A DNA stretch of 64,000 nucleotides from Marispirochaeta sp. (GCA_963676835.2 CAXXFF010000002.1:832001-896000), one strand, 5' to 3'. Positions 51,111 through 61,601 are shown, counted from the stretch's first letter. Program-made: numbers and translations. The notes: generated by a model not told the origin, from the letters alone.

Positions 51111-51280
51111 CAGGGCGGTATCCTTTTTGTATTTTTGCATTTCCCCCTGCAAATCCTTACACTGTAAGGAGCAGGTGTATAATTACCATGGAGTGGAGAT
51201 GTAATGAAAATCAGACAGGGTATTGTTTATCATTGTGAGAGAGTATCTGTTTCAGGACTGGTATTGTAAGGTCTGCCGGA

Positions 51281-52813
51281 ATGCTGAAAACAGGACGAAT
51301 TCTAAAATGCCCTGCTCTGATGATTATTGTTCTTTTGCTGCTTTTTTCTCTTCTGTACGCTTCGGTGTTTATCTATTTTGATCATGACCGGTCTCTGTTT
51401 CTAACCTCCTACCTCAGGCAGCTGGATTATGAGTTTCATATGACCCGTGAGCTGTATGGTCGGCTGGCGGAAGCTATGTTCAACCTGCAGATAGATACCC
51501 TTCAGGTTAAGGAGCTTTTTGCCGCAGGGATGAAAGAGCAGAACCTGGAGAGAAAAAACGGGAAGAGGCAGGAACTGTATGAAGCTCTTCTTCCGCTTTT
51601 TCAACAACTGCAGCATGCGCAGTTCAGGCAGCTCCATTTTCATGAACGGGACAATACCAGTTATCTGCGTATGCATAGACCTTCCACCTTTGGTGATGAT
51701 CTGACCGGTATCCGTACCTCCGTAGAGCTGGTGAACCGGACGAAAGCACCCGTTTCCGGTTTTGAAGAGGGTAGAATTTATAACGGGTACCGTTATGTGT
51801 ATCCTCTGTTTCTGGATGATGAGTATCTGGGCTCTGTGGAGTTGAGTGTCTCAATGAATACGGTGCTCAGTACATACAAATCCATATATGGCCATGATAT
51901 GCAGTTTATTCTTTCCCGGGAGCAGATGGAGAAGAAAGTCTTTGATCAGGAGCAGGGCAACTATGTTGACTGGGAGATCAGCAGTGATTTTGTTCTGGAT
52001 AAAGAGTTGTCCGAGAACAATCTGTTTGGCTACAGGGTTCCCCTGGAAACAGCCCGGCGGATTGATAAGGCTTTGAGAAAACACCGGGCTGAAGGGCTTC
52101 CTTTTGCTGTTTTTCTAAAGCTTCAGGGCGTATATCAGCTGATCACTTTTCTTCCAATAAAGAATTTTGAAGAGAAGACAGTGGCTTATATCTTTTCTCT
52201 GGACGAAGCGGAGAAGCTGAAGGCTTTAAGAGCTAATTTCTTTATTGTAATCCTTATTCTCACTGTGCTCTTCATGAGTACCGCCGGGTTTACGGGCTAT
52301 GTTTTTTACAGCCGCAATAGAATCCGTAAACTCGCGCGGATCGATTATCTGACCAGAGTCCCAACCAGGTCGGTGGTGTATGAAGAGATTGAAAAAGAGA
52401 TAAACCGCTTCCGCCGTTACGGCAAAGCCTTCGCTGTTATGATCATTGACGTAGATCATTTTAAAAAGGTTAATGATACCCATGGACATGTGGTTGGAGA
52501 TAAAGTTCTCCGGAAGATTGCAGAGATTCTGAATCTGAATGTTCGCAGTACCGATTCCCTGGGCCGCTTCGGGGGAGAAGAATTTCTTGTTCTGCTGCCG
52601 GAAACAACCCTGGCACAAGCCCTGGCCGCAGCGGGTAATCTGAGGAGTGCGATAGAGGCGCATCTCTTTGAGGATGCAGGATGGGTCACCATAAGTATCG
52701 GGGTGTCTCAAATGGAGGAAAAATTCAGCTCTTCTGAGCAGTTGGTGGAACAGGCGGATAAAAGTCTGTATAAAGCAAAAGAACAGGGGCGAAACCGGGT
52801 TATTGCTCTTTAA
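51281..52813 (+). CDS. Membrane diguanylate cyclase with Cache-type sensor
   Basis: Two TM segments; DVDHFKKVNDTHGH, RSTD I-site, GGEEF. Confidence 0.93.
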   Translation: MLKTGRILKCPALMIIVLLLLFSLLYASVFIYFDHDRSLFLTSYLRQLDYEFHMTRELYGRLAEAMFNLQIDTLQVKELFAAGMKEQNLERKNGKRQELYEALLPLFQQLQHAQFRQLHFHERDNTSYLRMHRPSTFGDDLTGIRTSVELVNRTKAPVSGFEEGRIYNGYRYVYPLFLDDEYLGSVELSVSMNTVLSTYKSIYGHDMQFILSREQMEKKVFDQEQGNYVDWEISSDFVLDKELSENNLFGYRVPLETARRIDKALRKHRAEGLPFAVFLKLQGVYQLITFLPIKNFEEKTVAYIFSLDEAEKLKALRANFFIVILILTVLFMSTAGFTGYVFYSRNRIRKLARIDYLTRVPTRSVVYEEIEKEINRFRRYGKAFAVMIIDVDHFKKVNDTHGHVVGDKVLRKIAEILNLNVRSTDSLGRFGGEEFLVLLPETTLAQALAAAGNLRSAIEAHLFEDAGWVTISIGVSQMEEKFSSSEQLVEQADKSLYKAKEQGRNRVIAL

Positions 52814-53183
52814 CCAGTTTCAGCTGATTATCTAACAGAGTTTCCAGCTCGGCGAAGTGGAGGGGTTTTCGCAGCAGGGCCAGGGGATTTATTTCGAGGG
52901 CTCTTCGGTCAAGTTCCTTGTCCATGTACCCGGTTATAAAAATTATCGGCACAGCCCTACTGCTCTGGATAATACGGGCGGCTTCCAGTCCATCCAGCTT
53001 TCCTGCCAGGTTAATATCCATAATAATCAGATCCGGATTGACCTCTTCCGCGGCCTGTACGGCTTTTTCTCCGGTGGCTATCTGATCGCATATGGAATAT
53101 CCGGCAGTCTCAAGCTGCAGGCTGAGGCCAATTGCAATGAGGGTTTCATCCTCAACCAGAAGTATTTTCAGATCTTTATTCAT
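52800..53183 (-). CDS. Single-domain response regulator
   Basis: VEDE, MDINL, IFITG, KP. Confidence 0.92.
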   Translation of the reverse strand: MNKDLKILLVEDETLIAIGLSLQLETAGYSICDQIATGEKAVQAAEEVNPDLIIMDINLAGKLDGLEAARIIQSSRAVPIIFITGYMDKELDRRALEINPLALLRKPLHFAELETLLDNQLKLVKEQ

Positions 53184-54541
53184 TTACCTACCCGTGTGGT
53201 ATAAAGGCTTAAGGGAAACTGCATTTTCCACTCCAGAGTTTTACTGTTACTGAATTCACCTGTACTGTTCATCTGCTGTTTACTTAGCGCCTGAATCAGT
53301 GTAACCGCTGTAACAGGGCTATCGTCGGACTCTGATATAAAATCTTCCATATTTACCTGTGTATCTTCATAGCGAAGAAATCCCAGATTCTCTTCTTCGA
53401 AACTGATCTCAATGTTGATCTTGTCTTCTACCTCTCTGTTTTTTCCATACTGTAAAGAGAGGCCGAACAGTTCGATGAGTACCAGTCCCAGGGGAATGGC
53501 AGTATCCAGCAGAAGGGGGAAGCTCTGGATGTTCCGGTTAGTCTTAATGGCTGTTCCCGAATTCTGCAGCATGAAGTCTACAAGTTCGGCCACAAACACA
53601 GAGCTGTCGATATGCGACAGATCCCGGGAACGGTAGAGAAGTTCATGAACCAGGGAGACTGCAAAGATTCTTCTTTCTGTCTCTTTTATCAGATTTCTGG
53701 TTTGAAGGTTTTCCTGCATGCGTGATGCTTCAATTACCAGCATGGAAAGGATTACCTGCATGGTGTTTCTTGTCCGGTGATAGAGCTCACGCATGAGGGT
53801 TTCTCTCTCTTCAAGGGCAGATGAAAGCTGTTCCCGTGTTTCCTGCTCCTTTCTGAAGCTGCTGCTTATTCGAGCGAGCATGCTGTTGATGGTTCCGGTT
53901 ATGGTGTCCAGTTCGTCGGGGTGCTTGAAAAAAAGATGTTCTCTATCCAGGCTCAGGGCAATATAGTCGCTGCTGGTAAGGGTAACGGATTTAAGGTAGA
54001 GGTTTATTTTCTTCAGGTGTCTGAGAATAAAGCGCTGCTGAAAGAGAATTATACTTGCCGCAAAAAAGAGGGTAATAAAGATAATTCCCGCAATATTGAG
54101 GAGAACCTGGCTGCGCAGTTTTTCATGCATATGTGAAAGGCCGGCCTCCACAACCAGGGTACCCAGCGACCTGTCTTCTCCCATATATGTATAGACCAGC
54201 GGGAAAGAACGTTCCAGTGAGTTTTTTCCCGCATATGTACCCATGGCCGCAACTGCAGAGTTTATCCTGTCTCTCTTCTCCAATACTGCCACAAAGTCTA
54301 TATCCGGCCGGGAGTAAATTCCCCGCAGGAGCAGATTCAACTGGTCATCATCCAGAAAAAACCGGCTGGCTGTAATTGCATTCAGATAGCTTGTTTCTAT
54401 AGCAAAGAGGTTCTCTTCTATGTTGTGCATTTCGTACTGGTACTCTGCATAGTACTGTCCTGCAATTGCAAGTAAGGAGAAAAAGAGAGCCGTAATGGTT
54501 ATGGCCAGAATGAATTTTGTTTCAAGTGTAGGGTGGGCCAT
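53180..54541 (-). CDS. HisKA_2-type sensor kinase with degenerate ATPase domain
   Basis: Two TM segments, HAMP-like linker, ELYHRTRNTMQ, RIFAVSLVHELLY; N and G boxes not recognisable. Confidence 0.78.
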   Translation of the reverse strand: MAHPTLETKFILAITITALFFSLLAIAGQYYAEYQYEMHNIEENLFAIETSYLNAITASRFFLDDDQLNLLLRGIYSRPDIDFVAVLEKRDRINSAVAAMGTYAGKNSLERSFPLVYTYMGEDRSLGTLVVEAGLSHMHEKLRSQVLLNIAGIIFITLFFAASIILFQQRFILRHLKKINLYLKSVTLTSSDYIALSLDREHLFFKHPDELDTITGTINSMLARISSSFRKEQETREQLSSALEERETLMRELYHRTRNTMQVILSMLVIEASRMQENLQTRNLIKETERRIFAVSLVHELLYRSRDLSHIDSSVFVAELVDFMLQNSGTAIKTNRNIQSFPLLLDTAIPLGLVLIELFGLSLQYGKNREVEDKINIEISFEEENLGFLRYEDTQVNMEDFISESDDSPVTAVTLIQALSKQQMNSTGEFSNSKTLEWKMQFPLSLYTTRVGK

Positions 54542-55672
54542 CTACTCTCTCATTGCTCCCTCTATGCCTTTCAGGCTGAAGTCGTACTCTGTCCGTCTGG
54601 AGTTGAGGGATAAAGAAAGCAGGGAAAAGTCTATCCTGTCGTATTCTCTATAGAGACGCATATATCTATCTGCATTTTCTGCTGTTGCCGTATGGGGTTC
54701 GGGGCTTATCTGCAGGCCGGTGCTCGCCAGGAAATCCCGGCCGTTCAGGTAATCCACCAGGTAAATAAGAATTTCCACATAGGAAAAGAGGGTTGCCGAA
54801 ACAGTGGCGGTGAACCTGCCCGACAGAACCTGTTCAAGTCCAATATTTGACAGATCAAGACCGCCGGTGAGAATATCCTTCCCCGGAGTTTTTCCCATAT
54901 CCTCAACCGCCAGCGCGGCTCCTGTTCCAAGCTGATCGCTGGCAGCCCAGATAATCCGTGTGTCGGGGTAGCGTCTTAAAAGCTGGGATGCTTTCTCTCT
55001 GCCTTCGACGGGGGTCCACAAGGTTGGCACTATCTGCAGCAGAGTGGCCTGGTCAAATTCCAAAACCGCCTGCCGCAATCCTTCTTCCCTCTGCAGGCTG
55101 CCGGCCCAGGTATGGTCTCCGCTTATTCCCAGTATCTCGATATCACCTCCGGGAGCAGTTCTGCCAGACATTATGGCTGTACGTATCAGCTCTTTTGCCA
55201 GAAGATAGCCTTTTTCTTTTTCGTTCTGGGAGTAGACCGCCAGCCAGGATGAATACAGCGCCCGTGGCTTGTAGCCGAGGGCGGGTAGTTCTTCTTCAAA
55301 CAAAGGGCCCTGTATCATCATGGGAATATGCAGATCTTCCGCCGTTTCCAGAAGCGGGCGGACCTGTCCGAAGGCTACGGAACATACGGCACCGTCGGGC
55401 CGGGGGGTGCTGGAGAGGATCCGGGATCCCTTATTTGCCATTGCAAAGCGGTCGCCTACGGTAAACTCGTTGATTTGAATCTCTACACCCAGATCGGCTG
55501 CGGCGGACTTAAGAATGGTATAAACCTGGGGCCAGTAGGTATTATTCTCTGAGGTTGGGGTAAAGAAGGCAATACGATACTTAACTTCAGTGTTGTCTGC
55601 ACAAAGTATGTTAAAGCTGGAAAGAAAAGCAGTCAGCATTGCAAAAAGTACAATACGAGTATGCATTTTCAC
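54542..55672 (-). CDS. Periplasmic binding protein type I (sensor-associated)
   Basis: Signal peptide; YW...AAADLG, REEGL, IWAASDQLG, GGLD; abuts the kinase gene. Confidence 0.82.
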   Translation of the reverse strand: MKMHTRIVLFAMLTAFLSSFNILCADNTEVKYRIAFFTPTSENNTYWPQVYTILKSAAADLGVEIQINEFTVGDRFAMANKGSRILSSTPRPDGAVCSVAFGQVRPLLETAEDLHIPMMIQGPLFEEELPALGYKPRALYSSWLAVYSQNEKEKGYLLAKELIRTAIMSGRTAPGGDIEILGISGDHTWAGSLQREEGLRQAVLEFDQATLLQIVPTLWTPVEGREKASQLLRRYPDTRIIWAASDQLGTGAALAVEDMGKTPGKDILTGGLDLSNIGLEQVLSGRFTATVSATLFSYVEILIYLVDYLNGRDFLASTGLQISPEPHTATAENADRYMRLYREYDRIDFSLLSLSLNSRRTEYDFSLKGIEGAMRE

Positions 55673-55754
55673 TCATTCCATTTTGTACTTGTAATGATAG
55701 GTAATTCTATTCCAAATTGAAAGTCCTTTCAGTATATATTACTAAGATTATTAT

Positions 55755-55800
55755 AAAATGCCCAGGTGTCCTTTTTTCTGCGGACCTTGATCTATATGGT
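55755..55800 (+). promoter_or_regulatory. Palindromic activator site 1 plus -10 element
   Basis: AAAAT-GCCCA-GG-TGTCC-TTTT centred at 55765.5; TATGGT at 55795. Confidence 0.62.
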
Positions 55801-55834
55801 ATACGCGAAGAAATCCTGTAAGGCGGAAGCAGAA

Positions 55835-57019
55835 ATGGCGTATATTGAACTGGGCACCCGGTCCCATAAACGGGCAACCCTGGGAATCAGCCTGGGAAGC
55901 ATGATTACCTTTGCAATTATGTACAGCCCCCAGCCCCTGATAAGCGTATTTTCCGCCGAGTATGGAGTTGCTCCGGCAACTGCGAGCCTTTCTGTTTCGC
56001 TGACAACCTTCGGGCTGGCGGGGGCGCTCTTTTTTATTGCCATTATAACCAATGTCTTTTCCCGTAAAGGCTTAATGTGCTTTTCCCTGATTGTATCTTC
56101 CAGCTTGACTCTGCTCTCCGCCTTTATGATGGATTTTACCGTCTTTCTGGGATTCCGCCTTTTAATCGGCATTGTTGTAGCCGGTTTTCCCTCTGTTGCC
56201 ATGGCCTATCTGTACGAGGAGTTTTCGCCTGAGGATCTGGGCAAGGTTATCGGGTATTATGTCTCCGGTACCGCATTGGGAGGACTCTCCGGGCGGATAG
56301 TGGTTGGCGCCCTGTCTGATTTTATGAGTTTTCACCTGGCCTTTGCCATTCAGGGCGTGCTCAGTCTTGCAGTGAGTATCTGGTTTCTGGTCTCCCTTCC
56401 GCCTTCAAAGAATCATGTGCAGAAAAAAATAACCCGCAAAGAGTGGTTTGCAGGTATTTCAGCTGCCTTCGGCAGTAAAGGCCTGGTGCCGGTATATCTG
56501 GTGGGATTTCTTATTATGGGTTCCTATATCAGTATCCTTAACTATATCGGCTACCCCCTCACTTCTGCTCCCTATAACCTCAGTCAGACTCTGTTCGGTT
56601 TTCTCTTTGTGGTGAACCTCTTCGGGTCATACAGCTCGGTGCTTTTCGGCAAGCTGGCAGACCGCTATCCAAGGCCCATGGTTATGTCCATAGCTCTGGG
56701 GGTAATTGCTCTGGGGGTTGGTGCAACCCTGCATCCCTGGCTTCCCGTCAAGATTGCTGGCGTAGCAGCAGTTGCTTTCGGCCTTTTTGCCGGGCACTCC
56801 GTTGCCAGCGGCTGGACCGGGATACTGGCTCCAAAAGAGTACAAGGGGCAGGCTTCCGCTTTTTATCTGCTCTTCTACTACGCCGGATCAAGTATTCTCG
56901 GCTGGGCTGGTGGCTTGTTTTTCCGGCAGTATGACTGGCTTGGACTCACTCTTTATATATTTACCCTCTTAAGCATGACTCTGGGGATTACCTTTCTCTT
57001 TCTGAGAAACAGAAGATAA
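55835..57019 (+). CDS. MFS transporter (YnfM/YybF-like)
   Basis: MYSPQP, AMAYL.EE, YVSGTALGGLSGR, ASAFYLLFYYAGSS. Confidence 0.9.
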   Translation: MAYIELGTRSHKRATLGISLGSMITFAIMYSPQPLISVFSAEYGVAPATASLSVSLTTFGLAGALFFIAIITNVFSRKGLMCFSLIVSSSLTLLSAFMMDFTVFLGFRLLIGIVVAGFPSVAMAYLYEEFSPEDLGKVIGYYVSGTALGGLSGRIVVGALSDFMSFHLAFAIQGVLSLAVSIWFLVSLPPSKNHVQKKITRKEWFAGISAAFGSKGLVPVYLVGFLIMGSYISILNYIGYPLTSAPYNLSQTLFGFLFVVNLFGSYSSVLFGKLADRYPRPMVMSIALGVIALGVGATLHPWLPVKIAGVAAVAFGLFAGHSVASGWTGILAPKEYKGQASAFYLLFYYAGSSILGWAGGLFFRQYDWLGLTLYIFTLLSMTLGITFLFLRNRR

Positions 57020-57064
57020 AGGGGACAGGTGTCCTTTCATCTGACTGTTTTACTTGCCTATAGT
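57018..57064 (+). promoter_or_regulatory. Palindromic activator site 2 plus -10 element
   Basis: AAAGG-GGACA-GG-TGTCC-TTT centred at 57028.5; TATAGT at 57059. Confidence 0.72.
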
Positions 57065-57126
57065 TAAAAGTAATGCAGAATCTAATGGAGAAAAAAGGTG
57101 CATCCACAGAAGGGAGGATAGTGCGT

Positions 57127-58641
57127 ATGAATGAAGCGCTGAAAATTGTAACATCCCGAAACTTTACAACTCGACAGAAAATGACCCAGCTTGCCGCAGT
57201 GGGAGAAAACTCTGTTTCTCCCATGAAGGTACCTGAAAAGTTCCGCTTTTATGCAGATAAGGGTGCACTATGTGATATGAACGAGGGGAATGCGCCCTAT
57301 CGCCCGCGTTATGTTCTGCCGGATTATCAGAAGTTTCTCGATCAGGGCAGCAGTTTTCTGCGTCTGGACCCGCCGAAGGATCTGGATGAGGCCCTCAATG
57401 CTTTAAGTATTATCTATCATCATGTTCCCTCAATTACCGGCATGCCTGTATATGTGGGAGCCCTCGATACTCTGATTGATCCCTTTCTTGAGGGTGTTGA
57501 TGATGCGGAAGCAGCCAAAAAAATCAGTCTGTTTCTCAATTTTATCGACCGGACCATTCCCAGCGGATACTGTCACGCCAATATCGGGCCGGAAGATACC
57601 AGGGCTGGCAGGATTATCCTTTCCCTTGCTCCGGAACTGAAAAACGCTGTACCCAACATTACCATGAAGTATGATCCTGACATTACTCCCGATGATTTTG
57701 CTGAATCCGCCATGGGTTCTGCCATGGTCTGTGCCGGGCCTGCGGTATGTAATCATGCTGTGCATAAAGAGACCTATACCGGCAGGTACGGGGTTGTCAG
57801 CTGTTATAATATTCTCCCCGAAGCAGGCGGTGCCTATTGTCTTTCCCGTATCGTGCTCCCCCGTCTTGCGGAGATGGCGGAAAACCATTCACATTTTCTC
57901 TCCACTCTTCTCCCGGATGCGCTGAATGCTCTCGGAGAATATATGAATGAGCGTATCCGCTTCTTTGTTGAGGAGTCGGGATTTTTCGAAAGTTCCTTTC
58001 TTGTAGATGAAGGGTTAATCAGTACAGACCGTTTTATAGGTATGTTCGGTCTTGCAGGGCTTGCGGACTGTGTAAATATCCTGCTTGGAAGAGAAATGGG
58101 CTACGGCGGCGATGAAGAAGGGGATAATCTGGCGGAAACCATTCTGTCGGAAATTGCGGTTTTTGCCGCGAATTTTGAGGCTCCCTATTCGCCGGTATCC
58201 GGAGGGCATCATATGCTCCACGCTCAGGCGGGGCTTGCCACCGATGAAGGGGTTTCTCCTGGAATCCGCATCCGGGTAGGAGAAGAGCCGGAATCTCTTT
58301 TCAAGCATCTGCGGCACAGTGCCAGAATGCACAAATATATCCCCACCGGCTGTTCGGATATTTTTCCTGTGGAAAGTACCGCCGGTAAAAACCCTGCGGC
58401 CCTGGTTGATGTGATCAAAGGGGCATTTTCCGTGGGCGATAAATACCTCAGCTTCTACGCTTCCGATGGAGATCTGGTGCGTATTACCGGCTACCTTGCC
58501 AAGCGCAGTGAGATTGACCGCTTTAAGGACGGCACAGCTGTTCTGCACGACACAGTTGCAGGAGCGTCACTGAACTATAAAAATAACCGGGTGGGCCAGC
58601 GTAAAGTCCGTACACAGAATGATCTCGGCTCCGGTAAATAA
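57127..58641 (+). CDS. yjjI: YjjI family glycyl radical enzyme
   Basis: About 505 aa; CDMNEGNAPYRPRYVLPDY, YHHVPS, HANIGP, VSCYN, HAQ.G, Gly loop LVRITGY; ATG behind GGAGG. Confidence 0.92.
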   Translation: MNEALKIVTSRNFTTRQKMTQLAAVGENSVSPMKVPEKFRFYADKGALCDMNEGNAPYRPRYVLPDYQKFLDQGSSFLRLDPPKDLDEALNALSIIYHHVPSITGMPVYVGALDTLIDPFLEGVDDAEAAKKISLFLNFIDRTIPSGYCHANIGPEDTRAGRIILSLAPELKNAVPNITMKYDPDITPDDFAESAMGSAMVCAGPAVCNHAVHKETYTGRYGVVSCYNILPEAGGAYCLSRIVLPRLAEMAENHSHFLSTLLPDALNALGEYMNERIRFFVEESGFFESSFLVDEGLISTDRFIGMFGLAGLADCVNILLGREMGYGGDEEGDNLAETILSEIAVFAANFEAPYSPVSGGHHMLHAQAGLATDEGVSPGIRIRVGEEPESLFKHLRHSARMHKYIPTGCSDIFPVESTAGKNPAALVDVIKGAFSVGDKYLSFYASDGDLVRITGYLAKRSEIDRFKDGTAVLHDTVAGASLNYKNNRVGQRKVRTQNDLGSGK

Positions 58642-59455
58642 GATCATACCGTTCAGTCTGGTCGATGGCCCGGGCAGCAGAACGGCAGTTTTTCTGCAGG
58701 GCTGCAATCTTATGTGTTCCTATTGCCATAATCCTGAAACCAGAACAATCTGCAACAACTGCGGTATCTGTGTTTCTCACTGCCCTTCCGGGGCTTTGGA
58801 GATGCAGGAGGGCACCGTTCTCTGGAACGAAGATCTTTGCACCGGCTGTGACCGCTGTATTTCCCTCTGTCACAACTCAGCATCTCCACGGGTTCGCCGT
58901 ATGAGTTCCGGTGAAGTGCTTGCCCTTGTGGAGGAGAACATTCCCTTTATCCGGGGAATTACTGTTTCCGGCGGTGAATGTACCCTCTATCCGGATTTTC
59001 TGGTTGAACTGTTTTCCGGAGCCCGTCAGTTTGGTCTGGGGACCCTGATAGACAGCAACGGAACGGTGGACTTTACCCTGTACCCCCATCTGTTTGAGAA
59101 CCTCTGTGACGGGGTTATGCTGGATGTTAAGAGCTGGGACGGAGATCTCTTTTTCTCTCTTACCCGGGGAAGCAATTCCATGATTCGCAGAAATCTCCGT
59201 TATCTTGCAGATATTCAGAAGCTTGAGGAGATCCGGATTGTATGTATTCAGGAGCTTACGGATCCCGAACGGGCGGTTGAAGAGATAGGCGCTGCCATAG
59301 GCGATAAGCTGCATCAGCAGCGATTGAAACTGATTCAGTACAGAGATCACGGGGTTAAGGATCTGATTAACGCCCGGGGATATTCTATTCCTCAGTTGGA
59401 ATCCCTTGCCCTGCGTGCATCTGATATGGGATTCGGCGAGGTTATTATACAGTAG
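58619..59455 (+). CDS. yjjW: YjjW family glycyl radical activating enzyme (radical SAM)
   Basis: VDGPG.R, GCNLMCSYCHNPE, two ferredoxin-like Cys clusters, GITVSGGE. Confidence 0.93.
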   Translation: MISAPVNKIIPFSLVDGPGSRTAVFLQGCNLMCSYCHNPETRTICNNCGICVSHCPSGALEMQEGTVLWNEDLCTGCDRCISLCHNSASPRVRRMSSGEVLALVEENIPFIRGITVSGGECTLYPDFLVELFSGARQFGLGTLIDSNGTVDFTLYPHLFENLCDGVMLDVKSWDGDLFFSLTRGSNSMIRRNLRYLADIQKLEEIRIVCIQELTDPERAVEEIGAAIGDKLHQQRLKLIQYRDHGVKDLINARGYSIPQLESLALRASDMGFGEVIIQ

Positions 59456-59469
59456 AGGAGCATATTGCA

Positions 59470-60288
59470 ATGATCCATTGTCAGGCGAACTTTTTTTCCA
59501 AAATACTTATGAACCATGTTGATGTGGATGTGCTTCTGCCGTCCATGCCGGATAACGATATTCTGTTTAATGATCTGAGTACGGTTTATCCCAAAGGCTG
59601 CGAGCATCCGGTGCTGTATCTCCTGCATGGTGCGCTTGAGGATCATTCCAGCTGGCTCCGGCAGACCTGTGTGGAACGCTATGCAGAGCATGCCGGTATT
59701 GCGGTGGTAATGGCTTCCGCCCAGAACGGGTTTTATGCAAACGCAAGGCAGGGACATGCCTATTTCGATTTCTTTACAAAAGAGCTTCCCGATTTTATAG
59801 CCTATACCTTCCCGGTTTCCCGCCGCAGGGAGGATACCTTTGTGGCCGGCGCCTCAATGGGCGGCTATGGTGCAGCGAAACTGGCTCTCAGCTGTCCTGA
59901 GTCCTATTCGTCCTTCGGCTGCTTTTCCGGTGCTGTTGATCCGGAGAAGCTTGAAAGCAAAATGGTAAGTCAGGGTTATGATGTTTTTCGCTACGATCTT
60001 ATTTTCGGCGGGGCATCCAAGGTTACCGGGAGCAGTGATGACCTTAAAGTACTGGCTGCATCCCTTGCAGATTCCGACATAAAGCCCGATGCCTTTGTTA
60101 CCTGCGGTCTGGAAGAGGCCAACAATTATGAGATGGTCAGTGAGTTCCGCGATGTTCTGGTCAAATCGGGTTTTCAGGTTCGTTTTACCGATGGGCACGG
60201 AGAGCATGACTGGGATTACTGGGAACGGTGTATTGCCCTCTACATGGAACATCTGGCCCATATTATTGATCAGGGAAAGGCTGTATGA
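59470..60288 (+). CDS. Esterase (tributyrin esterase/FrmB-like alpha/beta hydrolase)
   Basis: VLYLLHG, GASMGGYGA, FSG, GEHDWDYW. Confidence 0.9.
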   Translation: MIHCQANFFSKILMNHVDVDVLLPSMPDNDILFNDLSTVYPKGCEHPVLYLLHGALEDHSSWLRQTCVERYAEHAGIAVVMASAQNGFYANARQGHAYFDFFTKELPDFIAYTFPVSRRREDTFVAGASMGGYGAAKLALSCPESYSSFGCFSGAVDPEKLESKMVSQGYDVFRYDLIFGGASKVTGSSDDLKVLAASLADSDIKPDAFVTCGLEEANNYEMVSEFRDVLVKSGFQVRFTDGHGEHDWDYWERCIALYMEHLAHIIDQGKAV

Positions 60289-61601
60289 AAGAAGATCTTG
60301 TGAAAAAGGGCAAAATGACAGAAGTTTCCATTCCCTGGCTTGATGGAACCCGAACGATTGAAATTGATGAAGCGCTTATCAGGTTTATAGCCACCCCCAA
60401 TAATCCTGCTGCAGTTTCTGATCCCGATGCCGAGATTCTTGATGCCCTTAGAAATCCTGTAAAGTCTCCCGGCCTTAAAACCCTGATCGGGGATCCTGAA
60501 GGGAAGAAAGTTGCAGTTGTTATTGATGACAACACCAGGGTAACACCGGTGGAACGGGTTCTTACCGTTCTTGTCAAGGAGCTCGAAGTTCTGGGTGTCA
60601 GTCCCGAACAGGTTGTGGTGATCCTCGCCCTGGGCAGTCACCGTTATATGACCCCCGATGAAATCCGCAAGCGTGTAGGCGACTGGTGTTATGAACGGGT
60701 GTCCGTAATTAATCATGAATACAAGGATCCTGCAGAACTGGTGGATCTGGGAAAAACATCTCAGGGGACTCCGGTAATCATAAACAGGGTTTTCTATGAG
60801 AGTGATGTACGGCTCTGTATCGGGAATATAATTCCCCAGTTTATTGCCGGATGGTCCGGAGGGGCCAAGATCATTCAGCCGGGAATATCCGGAGCGGATA
60901 CAACTGCCCGGGTGCATCTGAACGGTTCTCTTACCTGGCCGAAGCGTCTTGGAAATGCCGAGAATGATATCCGCCATGATATGGAGGAGATTGCCGAACG
61001 GGCGGGGCTTCAGTTTATTATCAATACCATTCTGAACCTTGATGAAGATATCTATCGGGTTGTCGCCGGGGATGTTGTATCTGCCCACAGAAAAGGGGTG
61101 GAGTATGCAAAAGAGATCTACCAGCTGATTATCCCTGAACAGGCAGATATTGTTATTGCCGGCTCCTATCCGGCCAACAAGGATATGTGGCAGGCCGATA
61201 AAGGACTTGCAGCAGCGGTTCTGACGGTTAAACCCGGTAAGACGGTAATCTGGGCTGCTCCCTGTGTGGAGGGTGTAAGCCCGGAGCACCCCATCCTGCT
61301 TGAGCTTAAAGATACCCCGCCCCGGAAGGTATTTGATATGTGTGAGAACGGAGAAATCGATGATGTGGTGGGGGCCACCGCCCACATTATGATCGGGGTT
61401 ATGCGCGAAATGGCCAATGTGATCCTGGTGAGCGACGGAGTGTCCCGGAAGGAGTGTGAATCCATGGGAATATCCTGGGCTCCTAACCTCGAAACAGCTC
61501 TTAAGGATGCCCGGGCACGGGAAGGGGAAGCTGCCGGTATAGGTGTTATCACCCATGGTGCAGACCTGGCACCTCTGGTGGAGAACTCTTCTGTAAACTG
61601 A
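60285..61601 (+). CDS. larA: LarA (nickel-pincer racemase/epimerase) family protein
   Basis: DDNTR, ALGSHR, INH, G.T..GTPV, AGWSGGAKIIQPG, WQADKG. Confidence 0.85.
   Translation: MKEDLVKKGKMTEVSIPWLDGTRTIEIDEALIRFIATPNNPAAVSDPDAEILDALRNPVKSPGLKTLIGDPEGKKVAVVIDDNTRVTPVERVLTVLVKELEVLGVSPEQVVVILALGSHRYMTPDEIRKRVGDWCYERVSVINHEYKDPAELVDLGKTSQGTPVIINRVFYESDVRLCIGNIIPQFIAGWSGGAKIIQPGISGADTTARVHLNGSLTWPKRLGNAENDIRHDMEEIAERAGLQFIINTILNLDEDIYRVVAGDVVSAHRKGVEYAKEIYQLIIPEQADIVIAGSYPANKDMWQADKGLAAAVLTVKPGKTVIWAAPCVEGVSPEHPILLELKDTPPRKVFDMCENGEIDDVVGATAHIMIGVMREMANVILVSDGVSRKECESMGISWAPNLETALKDARAREGEAAGIGVITHGADLAPLVENSSVN

Noticed and set aside
57073..57126. Upstream ATG start for yjjI
   Set aside because: Falls at the predicted TSS with no RBS; GGAGG supports a start at 57121 or 57127
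60270..61556. 428-aa minus-strand ORF
   Set aside because: Antisense shadow of the LarA-family gene; no recognisable motifs
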